From: a virus | Taxonomy: Duplodnaviria; Caudoviricetes | Reading direction: 5' to 3' (one strand) | DNA length: 62,655 bases | IMG/VR virus record: IMGVR_UViG_3300023261_000003 | Coordinates: 1-62,655 of that record | In this document: piece after piece, positions 18,673 through 27,728 of the stretch | Position numbering within the stretch: position 1 is the first letter of the stretch | How the letters are laid out: each line of letters opens with the position of its first letter | Notes under the pieces: generated by a model | What the model was told of the DNA's origin: nothing | The model's input: the letters and a program-made list of their open reading frames with translations, nothing else | Database searches by the model: none | Program-made: the position numbers and the translations under genes

Positions 18673-19277
18673 CAGTACACGCTCAGCGTCTGCGCCCCGG
18701 CTCGCTTCCTTGCCCAAAGGCTTTGTATACCGAGCGCCGCGGCGAGCTGCTCACGCCACCAGGCCAGGTTCTGGCCCAGGATGCCGAAGTAGCTGGCGTC
18801 TCCGGCCGCTTGGTAGAACTCGATTTCGTCGACCTTCTTGAGCGCGCCCGAGCCGTAGGCCGTCTCGAGCTTCGCCTTGGTCTCGCGGATGCTCTTCAGA
18901 ATCTCGCGGACGATGGTCTCAGGTCCTTCCACGGTGACCGGATAGGTGCCGGAGTGGACGCCGCGAAGCAGCACTGTCGCGACGGCAGAGACCAGGCTCT
19001 GAATCGTCGCCATCTCCTGCCGCTCATCCACGTCGAGGACCATGCGATCCCCTTCGTTGAAGCCGGTAGCATCGGCGAGCGTGATGGCGACCGGCGTCGC
19101 TTCCGTGGCTGCGTCGACGGCTGTGGCACTGGTCGTTTTGGCTCCGCCGGAGAGGTTCGGTTGGATGACCTGCTCAAAGATGGCGACTACGTCGACCCAG
19201 GGAGCGGCGCCGGAGCTGAGCAGGTTGTAGCCCAGCTCCGCTTTGCAGCGTGCGATCTCTGAGTCGAGTAGCGCCAT
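18672..19277 (-). CDS. putative head-tail adaptor
   Basis: Start ATG 19277; 'LKKVDEIEF' and 'WREQLAAALG' C-terminal motifs. Confidence 0.55.
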   Translation of the reverse strand: MALLDSEIARCKAELGYNLLSSGAAPWVDVVAIFEQVIQPNLSGGAKTTSATAVDAATEATPVAITLADATGFNEGDRMVLDVDERQEMATIQSLVSAVATVLLRGVHSGTYPVTVEGPETIVREILKSIRETKAKLETAYGSGALKKVDEIEFYQAAGDASYFGILGQNLAWWREQLAAALGIQSLWARKRAGAQTLSVY

Positions 19278-19284
19278 GCCTCGA

Positions 19285-19701
19285 TCACTGCGCCAGGTAG
19301 CGGTACGCGATCGAGAACGTGTCCACGGCCGCGCCGGTCGTGACACCGACCCGAGCCACAGCCCGGATGTAGCGCCAGCCGTGGACCGGCGCTGGTGCTG
19401 GCACGACACGCGTCACCGCGGCGTCAGCGCCGCCCGTGCCCGTGGCCAGGACGACATCGGCGGCGTTGTTCGGGGTACCGGCGACGTCGTACCAGGTCAG
19501 GCCATCGTCGGAGACCTGCCACTTCGCCGCGATGGTGATCGTGCTGGTTTCCGCGTCGACCACGAAAAGCGCCGAGAGGGTGCCCGGCGTGACGGTTTGC
19601 GCGAGCAGCGTCGCGCCTGCTCCGTTGCCGCCAGCGACCACGGTGTCGAGATTTCCCGTGGTGGCCGCCGGGGCGGTGTACTTGCGAGAGGGGATACGCA
19701 T
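19285..19701 (-). CDS. capsid cement/decoration protein (Bbp16-like jelly roll)
   Basis: 'WQVSDDGLTWYDV' and 'RYIRA' motifs; directly after MCP. Confidence 0.7.
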   Translation of the reverse strand: MRIPSRKYTAPAATTGNLDTVVAGGNGAGATLLAQTVTPGTLSALFVVDAETSTITIAAKWQVSDDGLTWYDVAGTPNNAADVVLATGTGGADAAVTRVVPAPAPVHGWRYIRAVARVGVTTGAAVDTFSIAYRYLAQ

Positions 19702-19733
19702 TGGGGTGGTTCCTTGGGTTCCGCCGGTTGGGA

Positions 19734-20807
19734 TCAGGCCGAGCGGACGCTGATCGAGAAGCGGTTGTCCGCCATGCCGAGCGCCAGGTAGGCGATCCAG
19801 CAGACCTTGGCGACCTCGCCGAAGTTGTTGTCCGATGCCGGAGCGACGCGAGGCGCTGCGCCCATGCCGGCCAGGCCGACGCCAGGGCAGAGCAAGTGGC
19901 CCTTGTGGACCGGCACGCTCGAGCCGTTGACGTCCTTGTTGAGCTCGGTGTTCTTGAACAGGTGGAGCCTGTTCACCGAGGAGACGTACTGCGGAAAGAG
20001 TCCGTTGTAGGCGGGGTGCGCCTCTGCCAGCTCCATGTAGTCGCCGTCGAGCTTGAGCTGCGCCAGCTGGGTCGGCGTCAGCACGAGCGGACGGAAGCCG
20101 TCGGGAAGCACCGGCAGATTGACCTCGTCAGCCGCGAGCTCAGCACGGTTGAGCGTGTCGTAGTCCATCGGGAACTGACCCGCGACCGTGGCATCGTTGT
20201 CGGCCGTCATGCCCGCGGGGCGGACGACGACTGCGCCGTTGTCGAAGATCGCGCGCAGCGAGCGCTCGAGGAACTTGTGAAAGTCGCGCTTGAGGTGCGT
20301 TCCCACGAGAGAGCGGAGCGAGTGGACGCCCTGGGCGGCCGCGAACTTGTCGATGCCGTACGGAGCGGGGCGGCTGTTGGCCTGGTCGTAGGGACCAGCG
20401 AACCGCTTCAGGGTCAGGGACACCTGCTCACTGCCGGCGTTGATGGTCTGCGTCGAGATCGACGTGTTCAGGCCAACCTCGCGGGATGCCTCGGTGTAGG
20501 TCGTGTCCGTGAACTGTGGGCGGTTGACCCGCACCGTCATTCCGGGCAGGCCTTCGAAATTCACCTTGGCGGCGAACAGACTCGTCATGAGCGGACTCGC
20601 CATGATGAGGCGGTCGCGCTCGGCGGGGCTGTACTGCGCGCCGGCGGCCGGCATCTCGGGTGCCACCTGCGAGGTATCCAAGCTCGCGCCTAGCGCAGCC
20701 AAGAACGCCATGGCGTACAGGTACTGCGGCTCGGGCTGAGCCAGGAGAACCGGCGAGGTGACGTCGTAGAAGTTTTCGGGCAGCGACACTTGATTCAGGT
20801 CGGGCAT
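19734..20807 (-). CDS. major capsid protein (HK97 fold)
   Basis: 357 aa after scaffold; 'GMTVRVNRP', 'VSLTLKRF', 'LVLTPTQLAQLKLD' MCP patterns; strong SD. Confidence 0.85.
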   Translation of the reverse strand: MPDLNQVSLPENFYDVTSPVLLAQPEPQYLYAMAFLAALGASLDTSQVAPEMPAAGAQYSPAERDRLIMASPLMTSLFAAKVNFEGLPGMTVRVNRPQFTDTTYTEASREVGLNTSISTQTINAGSEQVSLTLKRFAGPYDQANSRPAPYGIDKFAAAQGVHSLRSLVGTHLKRDFHKFLERSLRAIFDNGAVVVRPAGMTADNDATVAGQFPMDYDTLNRAELAADEVNLPVLPDGFRPLVLTPTQLAQLKLDGDYMELAEAHPAYNGLFPQYVSSVNRLHLFKNTELNKDVNGSSVPVHKGHLLCPGVGLAGMGAAPRVAPASDNNFGEVAKVCWIAYLALGMADNRFSISVRSA

Positions 20808-20863
20808 GGTCTTTCCTTTTGCTGTTCGCTCGATGTGCCGCGCCGAGAACTAGAAAGGCGCGA

Positions 20864-21613
20864 TCAGCTGTTGATGGCCTTCGAATGCGCGTCGTAATAG
20901 CGAGGCGCCGCGAAGGGGTTCGTCTTCAAGAGGTCCGCGTAGACGGCCTTGTGATCGACGGGTGATTCGGTGTTGGTGATGGCGCCGGGAGCCTTGCCGG
21001 CTGCCGTCGTGGATGCGCCGGTGGAACCCGTTGCGCCTGTGGCGCCGGTCGAGCCTGTGGCCCCTGTGGCGCCCTGTGCCCCGGCTGCTCCGGTGGCGCC
21101 GGAAGCGCCCCAAGTCGGGCGCAGGGACTCAATGGTTTTGAGGACCCTCTCCGGATCCTCGCCAGCGAGGTTGGTCACGGCGGCGCGCTGCAGTTCGCTG
21201 AGACCAGCGAGCTCCCTGTCGGCGTAGCCCTTGACGGTGGCCTCAAGAGCCGCCGCGCGACTCGCCTTCGGCTCGAGCTCGGCCAGCTTCGCGGCCGTCT
21301 TCTGCTCGGTGGTGAGCTTTTCCTCGTCGAGGACCTTCAGGCGATCGAGCGCCGCTTTCACGTCCTCCGGCTTCTCGACACCGAGCGACTTGAGCAGCTC
21401 CTTCTGTCCAGACTTCTTGGCCTGGTCGAGGCGGCCCTTGAGCCAGTTCTCGTCCTTCTCGGGTACGGCATCGGAAGCCGTGGCTCCCGTTGCTCCAGCT
21501 GCTGCCGTTGCGCCTGTCGCTCCCGCTGGGGTTGACCCGCCGCCAGATGCGCCGGCCCCGGCGTCAGGAGCCGGGGCTTCGTTGAACAAAACTCGACTGA
21601 TAGATCGGAACAT
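20864..21613 (-). CDS. capsid scaffolding protein with collagen-like GAT repeats
   Basis: Helical charged core, position before MCP, two Gly-X-Y (GAT/GST) tracts. Confidence 0.8.
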   Translation of the reverse strand: MFRSISRVLFNEAPAPDAGAGASGGGSTPAGATGATAAAGATGATASDAVPEKDENWLKGRLDQAKKSGQKELLKSLGVEKPEDVKAALDRLKVLDEEKLTTEQKTAAKLAELEPKASRAAALEATVKGYADRELAGLSELQRAAVTNLAGEDPERVLKTIESLRPTWGASGATGAAGAQGATGATGSTGATGATGSTGASTTAAGKAPGAITNTESPVDHKAVYADLLKTNPFAAPRYYDAHSKAINS

Positions 21614-21664
21614 TTGCTTTCCCTCGTTCGCCCGTTAACCGCCGGCTTCGCGTGGTGAGGTTGG

Positions 21665-21949
21665 CTACTCGGTGACGACGGCCATGACGGACCACGCATC
21701 AACGGCATAGACGCCGTCGGTGAGTTCGGTTCCGTTCACGGCCCATGGCTTCAAGAGGACGGTGTCGCCCTTCTTGAACCCCTTGCGGGTGACCTCGGCA
21801 CCAACGCCGACGACCACCCCCAAAACTGGTTCTCGCTCGCTCTCGTGCGTGCCCGGTTGCTCCCAGGCCGCACGCGCGGCCTGAAGAGCTTCGGCGTCCA
21901 GTTCGACGAATCGAACCGCGACGGTATCTCCGACGGGCTTGATCGACAT
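21665..21949 (-). CDS. GroES-like co-chaperonin
   Basis: 'MSIKPVGDTVAV', 'GVVVGVG', 'KKGDTVL', 'VMAVV' match the Cpn10 pattern. Confidence 0.85.
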   Translation of the reverse strand: MSIKPVGDTVAVRFVELDAEALQAARAAWEQPGTHESEREPVLGVVVGVGAEVTRKGFKKGDTVLLKPWAVNGTELTDGVYAVDAWSVMAVVTE

Positions 21950-21958
21950 CGCCGCCGA

Positions 21959-22339
21959 TCAGCTTTCGGTGACGGTGACGACTGCCGAGACCCCGACCGC
22001 GGTCGTGAAGTCGGCCACTTCGCTCGAGCGATCCACGGCGGTCAGACTGAACGTCAGGGCATCCACCGACACCGTCATGGCGCCGAAGTAGACCTGCGCG
22101 CCGCCGTCGCTCTTGCCCGGTCCGCAGCCATGGGCCGCGCGGAGTGTGTTGGTCTTGCCGTTGCGCGTCTGGGCGGCAATCGCCGCGCCAACGCCAGCCA
22201 ACTGGCCGGTGTCCTCGGACGCATCGTAGGCGGCGAAGTCAGCCGTCACGAGGTACGACTTCTCCTCGCCAAGCATGTTGACGCCCTTGGAGGCGTTGAG
22301 GAGGGTGATGCCTTTGATGGTTCCAGCGATGACTGCCAT
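21959..22339 (-). CDS. putative head decoration protein
   Basis: Small Ala/Thr/Val-rich beta protein with strong SD in the head module. Confidence 0.5.
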   Translation of the reverse strand: MAVIAGTIKGITLLNASKGVNMLGEEKSYLVTADFAAYDASEDTGQLAGVGAAIAAQTRNGKTNTLRAAHGCGPGKSDGGAQVYFGAMTVSVDALTFSLTAVDRSSEVADFTTAVGVSAVVTVTES

Positions 22340-22389
22340 GGGGGTACGTCCTTGGTGGGTTGGTCAGCCCGGGCGAGCCGGGGGTGGTT

Positions 22390-22749
22390 TCAGGTGGCGG
22401 AAGCGCCGCGGATGGGCTTCACCGCGGCAAGCGGGCGCTCCGCTGCTTTGAGCAGGCGCTGCAGCTTGTCGCGCTCTGTCTCGAGCGCCTTCAGCAGTTT
22501 GATTTGGCGCTCGACCTCTCGGAGGCGGGCTTTTGCTGCCTTGACGACGTCGAACGCCTCGGGACGTTCGGTCGGTGACTTGGCGCGCCCTCGCCTCGCC
22601 GGCGCCGGCTGGGCGACTGGCATCGGACTAGCAGTGGACCGCGTCACGATGACGGCCCCGCACTCGGCGCGCGGGCAACGTTCCTGGATGCCTTGGTCCG
22701 TGAAGTCCGAGAATGGCGCCACGTCGACGCTGCAGGTCGGGCAGATCAT
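22390..22749 (-). CDS. Zn-ribbon + coiled-coil protein
   Basis: CPTC...CPRAEC, then a basic coiled coil. Confidence 0.6.
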   Translation of the reverse strand: MICPTCSVDVAPFSDFTDQGIQERCPRAECGAVIVTRSTASPMPVAQPAPARRGRAKSPTERPEAFDVVKAAKARLREVERQIKLLKALETERDKLQRLLKAAERPLAAVKPIRGASAT

Positions 22750-23171
22750 CAGCGCTTGCGTCCTCGCACCGAGACCGCGACCGCTGCCCCGACGGTGGTG
22801 CTAGCGCCGGAGACGGCCAAGCAACGGAGTTTGCGGCCGGGGTGGCCGCCGGTGAACGAGTCGGCGACAAGCGCCGGACTGGTCCCGGTGCCGACCGTGA
22901 AAACGTCGTTCACGGGCTGGTTGCCGCTGGCACAGTAGAACGCGGCGGCTGCAGCGGCCGTACGCTGCGGAAAGGCCAGCCAATCGACCCAGGCCGCCAG
23001 GCCATCGTCATAGCGCTGGAGATAGACGTTCAGCGTCCCACCGGTGTTACCCGGAAAGCTCGCCGTAACGTCGATCTCGTCGAACCGTTCGAGGCCAGAG
23101 ATCTCGGCGCCGACGACCGCGGTTCCTGGGGCAGCGGGGGCACTGCCCGTGATCGTCTTGGTCTCGATCAC
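22749..23171 (-). CDS. putative jelly-roll virion protein
   Basis: 'TLNVYLQRYDDG...WVDW', 'KLR' motifs similar to cement/spike-base proteins. Confidence 0.55.
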   Translation of the reverse strand: MIETKTITGSAPAAPGTAVVGAEISGLERFDEIDVTASFPGNTGGTLNVYLQRYDDGLAAWVDWLAFPQRTAAAAAAFYCASGNQPVNDVFTVGTGTSPALVADSFTGGHPGRKLRCLAVSGASTTVGAAVAVSVRGRKR

Positions 23172-23476
23172 TCGCTGGCCCCTTCGCCGTTCGTCTCAGC
23201 TGCGCCGTCGCCACCCTCTTCCTTCGGGACAGCGTCGGAGGCCAAGAGCGCCTCGAGCAGCTTGGTCTTGTTGAGCGAGCTCGCGCCCTCGATGCCGCGC
23301 GCCTTGGCGAGCTCGAGCAGTTGCTTCTTGACGAGGCCGTCGTACGGACCGGGAGCCACGTCGCCACCCTCTTCCTTCGGGACAGCGTCGGAGGCGCCAA
23401 ACGACGCCTCCCCGCACGCGAGACACGTCGGCGCCGCGTCGTCGGCGGTGTTCTTGCAGCAGAGGCAGAGCTTCAT
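23168..23476 (-). CDS. Zn-ribbon + Rho-N (HEH) domain protein
   Basis: CLCC..CLAC; 'KKQLLELAKARGIEGASSLNKTKLLEAL' is Rho_N-like; start ATG 23476. Confidence 0.75.
   Translation of the reverse strand: MKLCLCCKNTADDAAPTCLACGEASFGASDAVPKEEGGDVAPGPYDGLVKKQLLELAKARGIEGASSLNKTKLLEALLASDAVPKEEGGDGAAETNGEGASE
23206..23395. repeat. 37-bp exact direct repeat (23206-23242 and 23359-23395) flanking the Rho-N domain
   Basis: CGTCGCCACCCTCTTCCTTCGGGACAGCGTCGGAGGC twice, 153 bp apart. Confidence 0.95.
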
Positions 23477-23943
23477 TGCAGACCTTCCAAGGAGCTTTCG
23501 AAGAAAACAGGGATGTGCGGATTGGCTTCGCGCCAACCGTTGAAGATGGTTCGGGTGCCGACCGTCTGTGCGATCTGGCCACTGAGCATCTCGGGTACCT
23601 TTGGGCGCTCCAGGTAGACGACGTAATCCACTGCGAGCCCGGGGTAGCGAATGCCGTCCACCTTCGGACCGCGGAGAGCCCGCGCTACCTGGACGCCCTC
23701 GACGATGAAGCTCGGCAGCGCGTGAGCCGCGGCCATGAGTCGCATCGGAGTCTCGGGTTCGTATCCTCCGACCACGAGAATCGAACCCGAAGCAGCATCG
23801 ATTTCTTCGTCCTCGTGGACGCTGTGAATGACCGGGCGCCCGTCACTCAGTCGCGACAGCGTCGTCTTGCCCATCTTTGGGCCGCCGACCAGCGCCACCC
23901 GCGGGAACCTTCGCAGGATCTCCCGAAACACCACTTCGATCAT
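23473..23943 (-). CDS. P-loop nucleotide-kinase-like protein
   Basis: Walker A 'GGPKMGKTT', 'FIVEG', 'VDYVVYL' (adenylate-kinase-like order); overlaps the portal 3' end by 101 bp. Confidence 0.7.
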   Translation of the reverse strand: MIEVVFREILRRFPRVALVGGPKMGKTTLSRLSDGRPVIHSVHEDEEIDAASGSILVVGGYEPETPMRLMAAAHALPSFIVEGVQVARALRGPKVDGIRYPGLAVDYVVYLERPKVPEMLSGQIAQTVGTRTIFNGWREANPHIPVFFESSLEGLQ

Positions 23944-25558
23944 TGCCGGTCGACCATCGTTTCAATGCGGCGATCTCGCGCTCTTCCTTGGCGAGGCGGT
24001 CCGCCTTGATGCGCTCCTTCAGGGCCTCGACGTCCTGGACGCCAAAGATCTGGGCGGCGCGCTCGATGGCGGTTTCGCTGTCGAGCAGGCCCTTCTCGGC
24101 TGCCAGCGCGATGAGCTCGATGAGCTGCTTCTGCTCGGCGGGGTCGGGCTTGTAGAACGAGCCGAACACCGTCTCGATCTCGACGTCGTCCTCGGTGCCG
24201 AGCGCCTCAATGGCTTCCGGGAGCCCCTTGACCTTCAGGGTCTTGCCGAGCTTGCGCGCGAGGCGCAGCTGCATCTTGAGGCAGGGGACCAGGAAGCCGT
24301 CGCGGAAGTCCTCGCGAATCTGGCTGCAGCGGTCGAGCTGCTTGGACTTGATGGCCTCGAGCGCCTTGCCCGACGTCGTGGCGGCAAACTTGATGTTCTC
24401 GGGATCGAGGAAGACGACGCAGAGCGCTTCCTGAATCTTGATGCGCAGGTCTGAGCAGTTGTCCTGCTGAGCCTTCAGCGCACCGGCGGAGTAGTCGAGG
24501 ACCTCGACCTTGGTGGTGTGGTCGGGGTACTGCCAGACGTGGCTTGGGCCCTTCTTGCGGGCCTCTTGTGTGGCCGGACCGGTTAGGAAGTGCCCGGTGA
24601 TGGGGTTATCCGCCGTGGCTGGCCCGCCGTGCTCCGTCGTCGGCACCATGGCGGTGCGACCGGTCCCCGTGGGGTTGTGGCCGGGTGGGACGCCGATCTC
24701 GCAAATCTGCGGCTCGCTGTAGAGCGCGCCGCGGTGCCACTGGCTGCGCGCGATGTCGTGCGCCTGAATCTCGTCGGTGATCCACTGATGGATCGCCTTG
24801 CCGTCGATGACGTTGACGGGCTGGCAGCCGCGCATGAACGCGTACCAGACGACCGGGACGAACCCGAGGGAGTGTTTGGTCGACTTGGCCGGGTCGGCTT
24901 CCCAGACAGGAGCGCGCCCACCCGGGTCGGCCTTGGCCGGCTTGAAGACCGTGTCGCTCCCGGTGTCGATGACACGCCGATAGAGCATGGCCTCGACGTG
25001 CCAAGTGCCGTCGTTGTGCTTCTGTTCGTCGAGGTAGGGGTACTCGATGGTGAGCTTGGCGATCTCGCCGTCGGTGCCCTCTTCCGGGGTGCACCACTTG
25101 GCCGGCAGGAGCTCGATGAAGGGCTTGCCGTTCTTCGCGCCGAGCAGCGCCACCACGGTCCCGCATCCCTGGGCGGCCGTCAGAGCCTCTCGGCAGGCCG
25201 TCGGGAACCGCGAGAGCTCGTGGTACTTGGTCAGGAAGGCGTCGACCGGATTGGCCTGGGCGGCGCCCTTGGCGGGAGCGCTCTGAGTCTGCTCGCCAAT
25301 CGCGAACCGCGGAAAGCGCGCCTCACCCAGGCAAAGGTCCGTGTTGGACTGGGCCGCGATCTGGACGACCGGGTAGACGACGCAGGGCTCGCGCTCCCAG
25401 AGAGGAACTTCGCTGCTGAACCACTCGGGGCGTCCCTTGTATTGCGTGCCATCGACCCAGCGCTCGAGCCACTCGAGCCGGCGGTAGCGCGGACTCATGT
25501 TGGCCAGCGCGGCCTTGTTGGCCTGCTCTTGCCCGTGCAGCTGGTCTTGGGTGGTCAT
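23843..25558 (-). CDS. portal protein
   Basis: Follows terL (ATGA overlap); 'HSLGFVPVVW', 'SGKALE', 'LLDSETAIE' SPP1-gp6-like motifs. Confidence 0.88.
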   Translation of the reverse strand: MTTQDQLHGQEQANKAALANMSPRYRRLEWLERWVDGTQYKGRPEWFSSEVPLWEREPCVVYPVVQIAAQSNTDLCLGEARFPRFAIGEQTQSAPAKGAAQANPVDAFLTKYHELSRFPTACREALTAAQGCGTVVALLGAKNGKPFIELLPAKWCTPEEGTDGEIAKLTIEYPYLDEQKHNDGTWHVEAMLYRRVIDTGSDTVFKPAKADPGGRAPVWEADPAKSTKHSLGFVPVVWYAFMRGCQPVNVIDGKAIHQWITDEIQAHDIARSQWHRGALYSEPQICEIGVPPGHNPTGTGRTAMVPTTEHGGPATADNPITGHFLTGPATQEARKKGPSHVWQYPDHTTKVEVLDYSAGALKAQQDNCSDLRIKIQEALCVVFLDPENIKFAATTSGKALEAIKSKQLDRCSQIREDFRDGFLVPCLKMQLRLARKLGKTLKVKGLPEAIEALGTEDDVEIETVFGSFYKPDPAEQKQLIELIALAAEKGLLDSETAIERAAQIFGVQDVEALKERIKADRLAKEEREIAALKRWSTGNDRSGVSGDPAKVPAGGAGRRPKDGQDDAVATE

Positions 25559-26943
25559 CGGCCGGAGGTGACGTGGCGACCAGCCAAGGCCCGGCCGAAC
25601 CGCCGAGAGAGCGCGTAGCGAAGCGCGTCCATGGCGTGGTTGTTCTTGTCCTCGGGCTCTTCCGAGAAGGTCCCATCGGGGTGCTTCTTGCGCCGGTAGA
25701 GCCCGAATTCCCGGATGGTGTTTCGGCACCCGGGAGCGAGATAGAGGCGGGCATAGGGCGCCGCCTTCTCGCGAAATCTCTTGTGCAGCATCTCGGCGAC
25801 ACGCCCGATCCCTGCTCGGATGGGCTTCATGTCGGCCGGGAGATCCTCGACGCGGATGCCAAGCGCCCGCCAGTCTCGAATGCGGTCCTGGCGCGAAGGG
25901 TCGACCGTGAAGGCGGCGAACATCCAGGCCTTGGCTCGCTCGTCCCAGGTGCCGTTCAGACACTCGGACTCGTACCACTCCTGCAGGACCCAGGCCGTGG
26001 CGTCGTTGCCATGGCCCTGTACGCCGATCAGCAGCAGCACGCCGGGGTCGACGTCGCCGAAGTCACCGCCGACGATGAACTCGGAAAAGGCACTGAGTGC
26101 CGGGGGCGCCCTGACGTGGAACGCCTCCTCGAACGTGTAGATGAGCCCTTCACCGGCGTCGTGGTCGGCTTCCCACTCGCGCTTGAAGGTGGCCTCAGGC
26201 GTCGTCGCCTTGGCCTTGGCGACGGCCTTGGGGCTGACCGTCTCCGGGGCGTCCCGGTAGGTGGCGTGGAACGCGTAGACAGCCTTGATGGCCTCGGCGT
26301 TGTCTGGCTCGACCCCGACGACCTCCGGTTCTTCGCCGGCTCGGAGACGCGCGCCCTTCCGGCCATCGTCGAGCGTCCGATACAGGAGCCCGTGACGCCC
26401 GCGCGTCGGAGTGCCGCCGAGCAGCTCCATCTGCAGCGACCAGGGCTCAGAGAGCCAGGGCACCGCGACCGAGTCGTGGACCTCGGCATCGATGTCGTCG
26501 ACCTCGTCGCTGTCGACCAAGTCGCAGCGCATGCCGCGCGCCGTCTTGCTCGCGTAGAGCCGGGCCGGCATCGGCTTCACCCAGCTGCCGCCGGGGAACC
26601 GAACCGCGCCGCTTTGCGCGTTGTACTTGCCGCCTAGGAACGACCAGTCCTCGCCGAGCTCCGAGAGGATCCCCTCCGAGTGGACGTCCTTGAACTGCTT
26701 CAAGGTCGGCATCAGGGCGATGACCCGCACGCCGCGGAACGGCTTCAGGGCATCCTGGCGCAGCACCCCGTCCCATTTGGCGACAAGGTTCCACCAGATG
26801 AACCGGTGAAACCACGACTTGCCGACGCCCCGGCCCCAGTCCGTCAGGACCGTGTTTCCCGGGAGGACTACGGTGTAGGCATCGAACTGCGGCCGATTGA
26901 GCTGAAAGTTCAGCTCGACCTTGCGCGGCTCACGCGCCAGCAT
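25555..26943 (-). CDS. terL: terminase large subunit
   Basis: Walker A 'GRGVGKS', Walker B 'DSDEV', 'GTP', nuclease 'GGDFG..DP' and 'NNHAMDALRY'. Confidence 0.95.
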   Translation of the reverse strand: MLAREPRKVELNFQLNRPQFDAYTVVLPGNTVLTDWGRGVGKSWFHRFIWWNLVAKWDGVLRQDALKPFRGVRVIALMPTLKQFKDVHSEGILSELGEDWSFLGGKYNAQSGAVRFPGGSWVKPMPARLYASKTARGMRCDLVDSDEVDDIDAEVHDSVAVPWLSEPWSLQMELLGGTPTRGRHGLLYRTLDDGRKGARLRAGEEPEVVGVEPDNAEAIKAVYAFHATYRDAPETVSPKAVAKAKATTPEATFKREWEADHDAGEGLIYTFEEAFHVRAPPALSAFSEFIVGGDFGDVDPGVLLLIGVQGHGNDATAWVLQEWYESECLNGTWDERAKAWMFAAFTVDPSRQDRIRDWRALGIRVEDLPADMKPIRAGIGRVAEMLHKRFREKAAPYARLYLAPGCRNTIREFGLYRRKKHPDGTFSEEPEDKNNHAMDALRYALSRRFGRALAGRHVTSGR

Positions 26944-27418
26944 TCGCGACCAAGACGCCGCCTGGCCCGTGGATGTTGATCGTCACGTTGGCCGGGACAT
27001 GGCCAGTGCCGCCTTCCGGTGGCGGCGTCGCTCCACGCTGGCTGCCGCCGAGAGCCTTGTAGAAGTCGACCAGCCCCCGAAAGTACTGGGGCTTGGGGTT
27101 CTGGTACGTGAACGACTTCAGTCCCTTGTCGACAGCGATCTGGGCGAGCTCCCGCGGACTCAGGTCTTTCGTGAGCACCCGGCCCCCGACTTCGACCGCA
27201 CACTCGAGCAGGAGGGCCTCGACCTTCGGCAGAACACGTGCGCGTAGCTCCGCACGCTGCTGCACGAAGGTCTCGTCCTTCTCCAGCTCTTTGGCTAGGC
27301 CGAAGCACGTCCCGAGCGGAATCTTGCAGACCTTGGACGCCTGCCGGATGACCCCGAGTTCGAGCAGCGCTGCCCTGAATTCGAGGCGTCTCGCTTCGGT
27401 GACGCGCGGTGCGCCCAT
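26930..27418 (-). CDS. terS: putative terminase small subunit
   Basis: N-terminal HTH, position overlapping terL, GGAG SD. Confidence 0.7.
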   Translation of the reverse strand: MGAPRVTEARRLEFRAALLELGVIRQASKVCKIPLGTCFGLAKELEKDETFVQQRAELRARVLPKVEALLLECAVEVGGRVLTKDLSPRELAQIAVDKGLKSFTYQNPKPQYFRGLVDFYKALGGSQRGATPPPEGGTGHVPANVTINIHGPGGVLVANAGA

Positions 27419-27728
27419 CTTGCTTGCTCCCAACGCCCGTTACCGGCGGCGACCCGTGGGGGAGTGCTGCCATCGGGACAGCGACCGACTCGATTCCTCG
27501 AGCGAGGGTGGACTTTTTCAGGCAGGGAGCCGCGGACGGCTTCCGATGACCAGCACGACTCCGCGCCGCACTGTCCGGTGTACCGGCACCCAGGCGTCCT
27601 GAGTGGGCACGGTCACGCGCTGGCTGACTTGGACGTCACCATCGATGCGCCTGGCCCAGCTGGCTGCCGTTCGGGTGTGCTGAGAGATCGGGTGGAACAT
27701 CGGGACGCTTTGGCCCGGTCGCGACCGA

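Noticed and set aside
26110-26125. parS-like ACGTGGAAC
   Set aside because: Only a half-site, inside terL; not the 16-bp palindrome.
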